Origin: Rhizaria sp. SCN 62-66
Lineage: Eukaryota
Reading direction: 5' to 3'
NCBI GenBank assembly: GCA_001724265.1
Contig: MEDY01000101.1
Coordinates: 1 to 64,000 of the forward strand
Length of the DNA: 64,000 nucleotides
The position numbers and the translations under genes are program-made. How positions within the stretch are numbered: position 1 is the first letter of the stretch; each line of letters opens with the position of its first letter. A model generated the notes under the pieces. The model did not search any database, was not told the DNA's origin, and saw nothing but the letters and a program-made list of their open reading frames with translations. Below are positions 46,743-58,500 of the stretch, piece by piece.

Positions 46743-49145
46743 ATGTCCAGTTCTGCGGACCCCGCGTCCGATCGCGTTTCGCCTGTGCTGTCCACGCTTC
46801 AGGATCTCGGCCTCATCCTCCCCTCGAACCCCACCTCCACCGCGACTGCGGCTGCTGACGCAAAGCAACGCGCTGACGCTGCCGCCGCCGCTGCCGTCGC
46901 CGCGTCGACCAAGAGCCCCGTGCCGTCGGCGCCCGCCATGCAGCCGCTGTCCCCCACAATGCACCGCGAGGGCTCCGGCGACAGCAGCAACAACTCAAAC
47001 AACAACGGCAACAACACCATTGACGTTGGCGACGCTGACGATGCCTCTGCCGGCGCGATCCCCATCGCCACGTCCGCCCTGGCCGAGGCGCCCCTGTCGC
47101 CATCTGCGTCTGGCGCCGCCCCCGACGACCGCGCGACGTACGAGTCCTTCGCTTCCTACCTGGAGCGCACACTGCTCGCCCCTCTCCCCGCGGCCGCCGC
47201 CGACGGCAGCGCGCCCGCGCCCGAGAAGCTGCCGCGCGCCGCCATCGAGGACTTCGTGCTGCACCACGGCGTGCCGGACCGCCCGCGCCTGCGCTCGGTG
47301 CTGTGGAAGCTGTTGCTGGGCTACCTGCCGTGGGACCGCGCGCAGTGGCGGCCCGCGCTGGACCGCGCGCGCGCCAGCTACGCAGAGTTCCAGCGCGAGG
47401 TGACCGTGAACCCCTACACGGGCGACATCGACCCGCTTACTGGTGCGCGCGTTGTTGAGTCTAAGCCCGCCGCCGCCGCCGCCGCCGCCGCGGCTGTAGA
47501 GAGCAAAACGAGCACTGGTAGCGCCGCCGGTGCCGCTGAGGCCGAGTGCGACCCGTTGACCGGACTCCCCGTGGCTAACAGCACTGCGGGCAGCGCTGCG
47601 GTTTCGTCTGCGAGCGCGGTCAACGGTCCCATGCGCCCCGTGCGCGTCACCCTCACGCGCACTGTGCTGCCTTCGACCAGTTCAAGCTCCAGCTCTGCCT
47701 CCGCGAACGCGAGTAGTAATCTTTTCGTGGACCCGCTCTCCGCCTTCTCCAGCTCCAAGCCATCCGCCGCCGCCGCCAAGGACACCTCCGGCATGGGCCC
47801 CACCGCGGGCGCCGCCGCGGGCGCGGGCGCGGGCGGCAAGGGGAAGAACGCCTGGGACCAGTACTTCGCGGACGAGGAGATCCGCAACGAGATCGAGAAG
47901 GACGTGCGCCGCACCTACTCATCGCTGCACTTCTTCCAGCTGCCCGTGCACCCCGAAGATAAGGAGGCCGTTGTGCGCAAGATCACGCAAGAGGCGCTCG
48001 CTGAGGCCGCCGCCAAGCGCGCCGCCGCACAGCGGGCGAACGCCGCCGCCGCGGCCGGCAACACGAGCGCCGGCAGCGCGAGGTCGAAGCGCCACGACCT
48101 GTTCGGCGACGACACGCAGCCCAACTCCAACAGCAGCGGCAGCGCGGCTGGTGGCGGCGCGGAAGACGCGACGCCCTCGCTGTTCGGCGACTCGGTCTCC
48201 GAGACCGCGGCGGCGGACACGCTCTACGCGCGGTCGTCACGGAAGCGGCAGAGCCTCAGCACGGGCGTGGTCGAGGTCACGGCCTCGGTCGACAAGGGCC
48301 CGCTGTGCCACCATGACGTGCTGCGCCGGCTCCTGTTCCTCTACGCCAAGCTCAACCCCGGGATCCGATACGTGCAGGGCATGAACGAGATCCTGGCGCC
48401 GCTCTACTACGTGTTCGCCAGCGACGCGGACCCATTCACGCTGAAGTTAGGCCGCTCTTCCGCCGAGGAGAAGCGCCGCCAGGAGCGCTCGCACAGCGGT
48501 GGCAAGGGCCAGATCGGCGCGGACGGTGGCGCCAGCGCCAACGATGATGACGAGCACGGCGTCGACGCGTACGCGGACGCGGAGGCCGATGCCTTCTTCT
48601 GCTTCACCAACATCATGTCCGAGGTGCGTGACCGCTTCATCAAGTCACTGGACCACTCCGACTCTGGCGTGCTGGCTGTCGTGGACCGGCTGAACAAGAC
48701 CTTCCGCGAGGTGGATCCGGACCTGTGGGCACACCTGGACAAGAGCGGTGTGGACCCGCGCTTCTACTCGTTCCGCTGGCTCACGCTGCTGGTCTCGCAG
48801 GAGTTCGAGCTGCCAGAGGTGCTGCGGCTCTGGGACTCGTTTTTCGCAGACACGCGCCGTTTCGAGTTCCACGTCTACTTCTGCTGCGCGATGCTCGTCC
48901 GCGTGCGCGAGACGCTGCTCGCTGGCGAGTTCTCCGACATCCTGCACGTGCTGCAGCAGTACCCCGACAACGACATCCAGGCGCTGCTGCTCATTGCGCA
49001 CGACCTGCGCGCGTGCCACCAGCGCGGCGTTCGCAGCAAGTACAGTGGGTTATCGCGCGCGCAGGCGCTGGTCAAGTCGGTGCAGGAGAGCAAGCTCACG
49101 CAGTTCTTTAAGTCGTCCTTCGCGTCTTTTGGCAGCGACAAGTGA
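46743..49145 (+). CDS. TBC-domain Rab GTPase-activating protein, TBC1D13-like (800 aa)
   Basis: Contains LRSVLWKLLLGYLP, R-finger IEKDVRRT, Q-finger YVQGMNEILAPLYYVF, AEADAFFCF and FRWLTLLVSQEFELPEVLRLWD. The first ATG is at 46743. Confidence 0.92.
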   Translation: MSSSADPASDRVSPVLSTLQDLGLILPSNPTSTATAAADAKQRADAAAAAAVAASTKSPVPSAPAMQPLSPTMHREGSGDSSNNSNNNGNNTIDVGDADDASAGAIPIATSALAEAPLSPSASGAAPDDRATYESFASYLERTLLAPLPAAAADGSAPAPEKLPRAAIEDFVLHHGVPDRPRLRSVLWKLLLGYLPWDRAQWRPALDRARASYAEFQREVTVNPYTGDIDPLTGARVVESKPAAAAAAAAAVESKTSTGSAAGAAEAECDPLTGLPVANSTAGSAAVSSASAVNGPMRPVRVTLTRTVLPSTSSSSSSASANASSNLFVDPLSAFSSSKPSAAAAKDTSGMGPTAGAAAGAGAGGKGKNAWDQYFADEEIRNEIEKDVRRTYSSLHFFQLPVHPEDKEAVVRKITQEALAEAAAKRAAAQRANAAAAAGNTSAGSARSKRHDLFGDDTQPNSNSSGSAAGGGAEDATPSLFGDSVSETAAADTLYARSSRKRQSLSTGVVEVTASVDKGPLCHHDVLRRLLFLYAKLNPGIRYVQGMNEILAPLYYVFASDADPFTLKLGRSSAEEKRRQERSHSGGKGQIGADGGASANDDDEHGVDAYADAEADAFFCFTNIMSEVRDRFIKSLDHSDSGVLAVVDRLNKTFREVDPDLWAHLDKSGVDPRFYSFRWLTLLVSQEFELPEVLRLWDSFFADTRRFEFHVYFCCAMLVRVRETLLAGEFSDILHVLQQYPDNDIQALLLIAHDLRACHQRGVRSKYSGLSRAQALVKSVQESKLTQFFKSSFASFGSDK

Positions 49146-49733
49146 GCGCATACGTGTACATGATGCACGGATTCGCAGAGGTTTTGTATTTAATTATCAC
49201 GCGATACTTATGGATTTATGCTCTATCTTGTGAGTCGTATGTGTTTTGATGGAATAAAGTGTACTTTTGTAATCTCACCACATAAGCTTTTTGGGCCAAG
49301 CACACAGTGACTATGACGTACTTGCACGAAGGGCCGATGACACACCAAAATTAAAAGCTGTTTCACGGCATATCCAGACGTAACTCGTTCTCGGCGATTT
49401 ATTTGCAGATTTTAAATTAGAACATATGTAGCTTGAGTATACTGGTGATTCGTTGGTGTTTGGGATCGCTGTGATATGATCTTTGCAAGATTGCTGCACC
49501 GATAATCCTGACATGTGGACCCACCTGATGCATTCTACCTTCCTACACGCTGCTCAAAAAGAATATTCGTTGCCCTATGTCTTTTTCCACGATATGATTT
49601 ACGAAAGAGCTCTATTCTAAATCTATTTTTCATATGCTCACGATGTACCTCTCAAATCTCTCACCATTCTAACTTTGGTCCTCCATCTTGCCCGACGCTT
49701 GCACTCCCACTGAACCGTCCCCAGTGTTGTACC

Positions 49734-52152
49734 ATGGGTGGCGCTCTTTCCGCCGGCTTTGACTACAACGCGGCCCTGCTTAATGATACGGCGCGCTCCT
49801 ACACGGTCGCGCTCGACGAGGAGCCCGAGGAGGGCTACGGCGTGCCCCGCTGCATGCCCGCCGTGGTCGAGCACGGGCACCCCGACACGTACGGCACCGC
49901 GCGCACGCTTTGGGACATGTTCAACCTTGGCCTCGCGCAGTTCCCGCAGAAGGACTTCCTCGCCGCGCGCCGCTACACCGTCCAGGAGGGGCCCTACCCC
50001 GAGCGCACTCCCGAGCAGGTCAAGAAGCTCCGCAAGGGCTACGTCCCCAGCGGCTACGTCGAGCGCCCCGACGGCTCCGTACTGCGCGGCGACTACGTGG
50101 GGCTTAACTTTGCCGAGGCCAACGCGGCCGCGCTGGCGCTTGCGCGCGGGCTTATTGCGGGCGGACACACCGAGGCCGGCAAGACGGTTGGCATCTTCTG
50201 CGTCAACCGGCCCGAGTGGACGATTGCGTCGCTGGCGTGCTACTCGCACTCGCTGACTGTGGTCTCGCTCTATGCCACGCTGGGCGCCAACGCGATCGAA
50301 TACATCATCGAGCACGGCGAGACGGGCGTCGTGGTCGTGTCCAAGGAGAACCTGCCCGCGCTGCTCACGGTCCTCAAGCAGACGCCCGCCGTGGCGCAGA
50401 CGCTCAAGACGGTTGTCTTCATCGACGCTATCCTCGACGGCCGCTTCGGCAATACGCTCGACAAGCCCGCCGAGGCGGACACGGCTGCGTTCGCGGCCGC
50501 GGGCGTGCAGCTAGTGACCATGTCGTCGCTCATCGCCGCGGGCTCCGCGGCCGACGCCGAGGGCAAGGTCGTGCGCCGCGAGGCGGCCGCCGAGGACCTG
50601 GCGTTCCTGATGTACACGTCAGGCACGACGGGCAACCCCAAGGGCGTGATGCTGACGCACCGCAACGTGGTTGCCACGATCGCGGGTGTGCGCGCGCTGC
50701 TCGAGCAAAACGAGAACGCCTTCCAGCGCTACTTTAGCTACCTGCCGCTGGCGCATATCTTCGAGTCGGTGGTGCAGCTCGTCGTGTGGTGCACGGGCGG
50801 ACTCGTCTACTTCTCCCAGGGCGACACGCGCTACCTGGCCGACGACATCAAACTCGTGCGTCCCACGATGCTGCCCGGTGTGCCGCGCATCTGGCAGAAG
50901 TTCTACCAGCGCGTCTTCGCAATCGTCGACGAGATGAGCTGCCTCAAGCGCTGGTACGTGTACCGCGCCTACAACGCGCAGTGCGCGCTGCTGCGCGCGC
51001 AGCAGCCCATCGATCCCACTTACGACAGTAAGATTTTCAAGACAATGCGCGAGAAGATGGGCCTGGAGGACTGCAAGATCATCCTCAACGGCGCGGCGCC
51101 GTGCCCGCCGTACATCGTCGAGTTCCTACGCGTGCTCACAGGCAACGCCTGGGTCGCGCAGGGCTACGGCATGACCGAGGGCTCCGCGGGGTCTGCGGTC
51201 TCGCTGGCCGATGATCCGCACATCGGCGCGTGCGGGCCCCCGACGATGGTCAACACGTTCCGGCTCGCCGACATCCCCGACATGGGGTATCTGAGCTCCA
51301 ACTCTCCCGCCACGGGCGAGCTGCTCATCATGGGGCCCAACACTTTCCTCGGTTACTACAAGGACGAGCAGAACACGGCCGATGCGTACTTCGTGGACGC
51401 CAAGGGCCGCCGGTGGCTCCGCACGGGCGACGTCGGACGCTGGAACCCCAACGGCTCGATCTCGATCATCGACCGCAAGAAGAACCTCATCAAGCTCGGA
51501 CAGGTACGTACACTCAGAATTTTCCTGTAATCCCTTCATGTCATTGTCCATTCTATCAGTGAAATCTTAACTAATCCTTGTTTTTCTCATCACCTCCAAC
51601 TCGTTTGTTTTTGATACTCTTTGCTTGCTTGCTTGTTTGCTTGCTTAGGGTGAGTACGTCGCTCTGGAGAAGGTGGAGGACATCTACGGCAAGTGCCCCG
51701 CGGTGGGCCAGCTGTGGATTTACGGCAACGGCTTTAAGAACGTCGTCGTTGCGGTTGTCGTCCCCGACGGCGCCGCGCTGCACGCCTTCGCCGTGTCTAA
51801 GGGCTGGTGGTCTGCGGCCGAGATTCCGGCCCCCGTGGGCGCGCTCGACGCGCCGTTCCGCGCCGCGGCCGCTGCGCTGGGCGAGGACGCCGAGAAGCGC
51901 GCCGCGCTGAGCGCGTGGGCGCTGGGCGAGCTGCGCAAGTTCGAGTCCGGGCTCGTGGGCTTCGAGAAGATCAAGGCGGTGTACGTGGAGCTGACGATGG
52001 ACGCCATGGGCCAGGGCTTCACCGAGGAGAACGAGTGCCTGACGCCGACGATGAAGAAACGCCGCAAGCAGCTCACGGACAAGTATGTGCCCGTGCTTGC
52101 GCAGCTCTACAACGAGGTCGGTGAGCCCCAGAAGGCCGGTGAGCACTGGTAA
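49734..52152 (+). CDS. Long-chain fatty acyl-CoA synthetase (ACSL/LACS family), 757 aa
   Basis: Contains AMP-binding MYTSGTTGNPKG, SYLPLAHIFE, GYGMTE and LRTGD. The motif IIDRKKNLIKLGQ|GEYVALEKVE is reconstituted across intron 51504-51648 (GTACGT...TTAG, phase 0). The C-terminus has LTPTMKKRR. Confidence 0.95.
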
Positions 52153-52523
52153 TGTCTAGTGAAGGATGCAGCTTGATGCTTGCTAGAGACTTATGATCTT
52201 ACAGTAAACATTTTTTTCATTCAACCATCATTGAAGCAATTCGAAATAACAATGTTGCGACCAAAATGACTTGAGTCGCATTTAAAACGTCCATTTATGC
52301 ATGTGCCCGTGACTTGTTTGTTTCAGGTGCACTCTGCATTTGAAGGGCACCTTTTTTTATTTAAACAACGATACCAAAAACAAATAAAACAATGATTAAA
52401 CGGGATTACTACTACGTGCTTAGGATTCAAAGTGCATTTGTATTACGTCATTATATTAACTTTTAAAGTAAGTGGATTTTATCTAAAAAGAACGGGCGAA
52501 ATAGTCGTGTTGTTGTGATCTGC

Positions 52524-55500
52524 TTACTGCGGACCCCTGCGGCGACGCGCGTGAGCGAGTGCGACGATGGTGTCCATCAGCTCAACGACCTTGCTGGGTA
52601 CCGCGACCTGCGGCGTCGGCAGCAGCGGCAGCCGTGGAGTGGCACAATCAGTGCGCGCGACAGCGCCGATGGCCCCCGACCCCGTCGCAGGGCCCGCAGC
52701 CACCGAGCCGGTTACGCTGGTGGCGCGGTCAGACTCGGCGAGCATCAGCTGCAGCTGCAGTTGCGAGTCACTCACCCCGACAACACCAGAGGGCAGTCCT
52801 GTGCCGGCGCCACTGTGGCCGTTGCTGTGGGGGTTGTTCGCACCGCCGCGCTGCGCAGCCGCGGTCTGGTTCTGGCTCGGCGTCCACAGCACGCTGCCCG
52901 TCGCGCTGTCCCACACGCTGCTGCACGCGTCGCTCATCGCGTCCGCGTTGTCGCCCGTCTGCGCGCTGTGGTTGCCGACGGCATGGCCGGTAGCGCTGCC
53001 AGCCTGGTACTGCATCTGCATGGAGTATTGATGACGCGGTGTAGCACCACCAGCAGCGCCATTGCCGTTACTGGCGTTATCGTTGGTACTAGAGGTCGCA
53101 GTGTAAGCAGCAGGCCGCGCCAGTGCGGCACCAGTGGGCGTCTCGTCGGTGCTTGTAGGAGCCGTGTCGTACATCGAGAACGACGGCAACAAAAGCTCCA
53201 CCGCGCAGCGAGCAGTGTGTGAGACAAGCACAGACGCGAACCAAGAGGTGAGTGAGCTTGCGTCGTCGCGCGTGTTATTCTTGTTGCTGGTATTGTTGCT
53301 GCCCGTGGAGCTGCGAATGTAGTGAGGCCAGAGCAAACCCGAGCGTGAGAAGACGTCGAACGCAGCGGCAGCTGCTTGCTGTGCGAGGGTCGCCTGAGAG
53401 AGCGCACGCATGTCAAACCTAGGAAGTAATGCGCGAGCGGCCGCAATAGATAGCGCACCGTTGCTGCTCCCGTTGGTGCCAAAGCCACTTGCAGTGTCCA
53501 TCCCGGGCACACTCGCGCCGCCAACACTGCTGACACTGTAGCGCGCGGCGTTATTGTTGGTAGCGCTCGCGGAGGTGCCGACAACAGTCGGCGTGACGGA
53601 TGCCGCGTTCGCAGTGCCGTCACTGTCGCTCGCGTTCGTGTTGTCTCCAAGCGGAGAGTAGCGTGCAAGTGCGGCAGAATCGGTCCAGTCGTACCCAGTG
53701 GCGTCGTTCAGCGGGGTAAGCGCATTGGACAGCGCGGTTGCCGTGGCAGAAGCAAGAGCAGTGGGGATCTGCGCGGAGCGCGAGACTGAAAGCGGCGGCA
53801 TTGTGCCAGAGACAGAGTGCAGACCAGGAGTGACCACATCAACAGGGCTTTGGACCGAAACGGTCGCGTCCTTGCCCTGCTGTTGTATCGCAGATTGCTG
53901 CTGAGAAGACAACGCGCGCGCACCCGAGATGCCAGAAGGCGTTCCCGACGCTGCAGTAGCAGAACCGCTGCTGGTGTTGCGAACGCCAGATGCTGAAGCA
54001 AGCGCCGAGAGTACCAATGTCCCACGTGCGGCCACGTCGGCAGCAGTCGCGATGGGCGAGGTCTCGGGCGCTAACGCCTCAGCAAAGGCGGCGAGCAACA
54101 CTGCGAGATCGCCGTTCCATGCGATAAACGGTGAGTCTGCTACGGAAGTCGAGAACACGGCGGTGAGCAGCGCAATGAGGTCGTCCAAGTCGCTCACTGT
54201 CAGAGGCAGGGGGGGCGTAGACGCTGCAAATGACGGCGACGGTGCAGTCAACACTGAGCCCACGCCGACCGCAGCGGCTGAACCTGCCGTTATGTCTGTG
54301 ACGACATTAAGAGTGATCGCGTTGCGACCACGCGCGAAGAACGCAGCTGAGTCAGACATCGATACTTCGTTGCTGCCCTCGGTAGCTACCGCAGCAGCGC
54401 GTTGAGGAGTGTTATCACCGACGTCGCTGGCGTTCGCGTCATTAGCGTTCATGTCGGCATCACGATCAACGGGGGACTCCGTCTGACTCGCGCTCCCTGG
54501 GATCGCCGCACTGGGGACAGCAGGGCGACGACTGTTTGAGGCCGCGGTTGACGCCTCTGTCTGCGTGCGTGTGCGCTGCGGAGCGCGAGACTGCGCAGAC
54601 GCTGCGAACGGAGCAACGATGCAGTCGGCGTCAACTTCCTCGATCTCAAGCTCGGTAGCCGCGACTCCAGACGGCGACGGCGCCGCATCACCGCGAGACA
54701 TTGGTACCGTCAACGACGAGCGTACCAGAGGGCCGTTGCCATCTGCCGCGGATGACATGGCAGCCGTCGCCAAAGCGAGCGCCGCAGCGATGTGACCACG
54801 ACCCGCATCAGAAGACGTTGCACGGGAGCGCTGCGGGATCACGCCACTGAACACAGTACTCATACGGCCAGCAACTGGCGCAGTCGTCAGCGCACAGAGC
54901 GAAGACACAGGGCGAAGCGTTCCTGCCTGAACTAGTGCGGCACGACTGCTGCTGCCGCTGTTGCAGTCGTCATCACCGTCGGTAGAGCCAGAGCCTGGGT
55001 TGACGGCGGCAGCAGGCAGCAGGTGTCCTGTGTGCGCGTCAGTTGCAGCGACCGAGAATGAAGACACGGTCGGAGAAAGCGATCCCCACCCAAGCTCAGA
55101 CGCAGCAACGAACCCCGGAACGGCGTTTGTCGCAGGTGCCGACAAAATCTGATGCGAGGCGGCGGCTGCTAAGTGGATGGCGTTCATCCCGGAGCTCTGC
55201 GCAGCTGCAGCGACACGACGACGTGCGCGCATAGCGACGCGTGCCTCGTACGCAGCCACCGCGCTCCGCACACTACGCAACACCGTGAGAGCAGCAGCAG
55301 CAAGCGGACGAGCAAGGGCAGTGGCGACTGCAGCATCAGCCGCGACGGCAAAGCGCTGCCACAAAGCCGACAGAATAGCGTGTGCCGCGTGCACAGAGTC
55401 CGCAGCGAGCTCGGCATCGGCAGCAGCCAGCGCCTGCAGCGTGGCAATGTCACCTGCGGCTTGAGCGGTAGAGGCTGTGGTGGCGATATTGTGGCGCACA

Positions 55501-58500
55501 TGCGATACCTCCGCCTCCAGAGCAGCCTTGTCGCGAGTGTACACGGACCACGACTCCATAGCAGCTTGCGACAACGTACGTACTGCAGCAGGAACGGCAG
55601 CGCTCACAGGCGCGAGTACCGCTTGCAGCAAAGCGTCGCGCTCGCAGCGCAGCAGTCCGCAGAAGCTCCAGTTGGCCGCCAGGTGCGCGCACATGCGCTC
55701 CTGCACTGTCAGTCGAGGCCATGACCGCACTGCAACAGAGGTCAGCGAGTTATAGAGGTCCAATGTGGCGCGCGACACGAGGTCTTGCGCGCGTAGCGGG
55801 TCACCGCAACCCTCGGCATCAGAGTGCGCTGAACGGAAGGCGACGACTGCTGCGTGGAGTGCGACGGAGGCCGCTGAGGCCACAGCTGCGGCGTGAGGCG
55901 CATCAGCCCACCAGAGACGCTGCAGAGAGCCAGAGCCGTCGCGCGCGTCTGATGCAAACACTGCGAGAACATGCGCGAGTTCGAGTGATGACAGGCCGCG
56001 TGATGAGTGCAGCGCAAAGAGAAGTCGGCACAGCGAAGCTTCCTCAGTCTCAAGTGTGCACGCAACGGTGGCCTTCGCAGTCGACACAGCGGCCACCCAC
56101 GCTGCCGACCGCATGAGCTCGCGATCGTTCGCAGAGACTGCGTTCACAGCAGCATTCATATTTCTAACAGCACCGTCTATATTCGTATCACAGGACTGCA
56201 CGTTAGCATCGTTTGATGCGACTGCAATTGCAGGCAGTGTGGCAGAGTGTAGACCGTGTTGCGCTTCAACTGCGCTAAGACCCGGAGCCGGTGATGACGG
56301 CGGGCCCACGGCAGCGGGCCCAGACGGGATCGCGCCGGGCAGAGCGGCAGAGCCGGCGCGGCCCCAAGCCGCGGCCGCAGACGCAGCGGCTGGCGCTGAA
56401 GCGGGCCCGTTCGCCTTGCCTGCATTGACGGCGCGCGGCGGCGGGAAGAGCCGGGCCATCGAGACGGAGTTAGGGAGATCGCTCTCACCAGCTACGCCGA
56501 CCACGGGCGTAAGTGGCTGAATCTGCGTCATTCCCGTGTTTGTATGAGTGCGGGTGGGCGCGCCGGAAAGAGGCACACGTGGGGGCAGCTCGCCACTGCT
56601 ACTATTGCTCATGCCATGAGCAGTGTGTGACTGCGAATGGGCCGGAAGGTGCGCGTTGGTGAATGATTGCGACTGTGTGTGCGGCTGTGTGGGAGGACCT
56701 GACTGTGTCTGAGATTGGGAATGCACGTGTGACTGCGTCTGAGACGAGGGCGAAGGCAACGCGTTAATGGACAACACAGGTCGTGGCGGGCCACATGCGC
56801 ACGGCTCAAGCAGGACGTTGTCAACGTCTCCGAGCCTGCGCTGCGCAACACGTGCGAGCGTGTCTAACAACTCAGTCAATGCGAGCGCATGCAACGCGCG
56901 GGCGCTGGAGCGTGTGGTGTTGTCGGCCAGACCGAATGAGTAGTGACGCGACATGTTTTGGGCGCGCGTGAGTCCTTCCTCATACGCGGCAAACGCTTGC
57001 ACAAGAGCAGCATCGTCTAACAGAACGCGCGCCTCCAAGGCCGCCGCGGCGCGAGCGGAGAGAATGCCGCGCTGCGCGTAAGCCGAAAACACAGAGACAA
57101 GTCGACGCAACGGCGGAGCAAGGCGGCGACGCCATGAGCGTGCGCAGTGCGTGAGTGAATCAGTCAGGTCACTTGGCAACGCTACTGCAAGTGCAGACGC
57201 AGCGCAACCACACTGCGGGGACTCAGCCGTTATCATCGCAGCTGCAGCAGTAGCTGAAGAAGCAGTGATTGCAGCCCTACGTAGAGATGCAAAGCCGCGA
57301 GGGAAAGCAATATCAACCGCTGCAAACATCGCACAGGCAGTCGCCCTGAGGACTGAGCGGTGAACACCGCCGATAAGTTCCGCGGCAGCCGACGCAGTGT
57401 GGCTGTTGCTGTTTCCAGAGTCCGGTGAGGGTGACGTAATTGAAGCCTCGGGACTGAGCGTTGTCACAGCAAGAGAGCTTGAAGGCGACGCTCCGGGCAG
57501 TGGGCTCGTCTCTGTCGCAGCACCGTCAAGAAGTGCACCGGTCAGTGCTGACTGTGCACGTGGGCCACATGCCGCATCACCAGCGGCAATTGAGTCGCTG
57601 ACGGCAACCGCCAGAGCACGTCGAAGGTACAACAGCTCGGCAGCAGTCAGAGATGCGAGAGATGGATGGCAGCGCGCAACAAAGCGGTCCGCTGAGAGTG
57701 ACGCAAATGGCAGCGTGCGATGTGTAGCGCAGACCATCTCTGAATCGATATCAACGCACATCGCGCCAGCGTGTGAGTGCGATTGGCTATGCGCAGAGGC
57801 GGGGAAAGCGCCGTGAAGAATCCAGTGCAAAATAGCAAAGCGCTCACGGTCGCCGCGGGGGTCGCCTTCGCGCACACGTGCCAGCAGAGCCGTAGCGGCC
57901 GCAGTCTGGACGCCCTGAAGCGACACAGCAACGAGCTCCGTGATCACACCTGATTCGAACAGAACAGATGCAGGCACCGAGATGGCATCGTGGTAAGCCA
58001 CTCCAGTCGCGGCAACAGCTGCCATGAGATCAAGCCAGATCGCCGACACTGCGGCATCGCCGTCGCACAGCAGAAGCTCCAGCGGTTCGCGCTCTGCCGC
58101 GTGCAGTGTGAAGGCGCCAGGAATCAGCGCGGGCGCGACGTGGCACGCGAAGTGATAGACCTCGCCTAGCGCGAACACGCCGGCGACAGGGCCGGAGACC
58201 GCGCGGGTCCGCTGCGCGCGCCAGAGCCGTCCTTCACGCTGCAAAAGTGCAACGAGTGTGCTATCCTCGTGGGGCCGCCAGGCGCGCGCGAGTGCGGTCA
58301 GCGACTGTTGGGACAGTGCGAGGCAGCTGAAAGCAGGTGTTGCGGCGCTGCTGTTTCGTTGGCGGTGCAGCGGGATATAGCCGAGGGCAGCGGCGCTCGC
58401 GTCGAGCGCAAGAACCAGCGTTGAGAGTGGCGATGGAACTGCGACAGAAGAGATTGTTGTGCCGTTGGCTCTGGCTGAGAGATAATCGCTTGCGCCGGCA

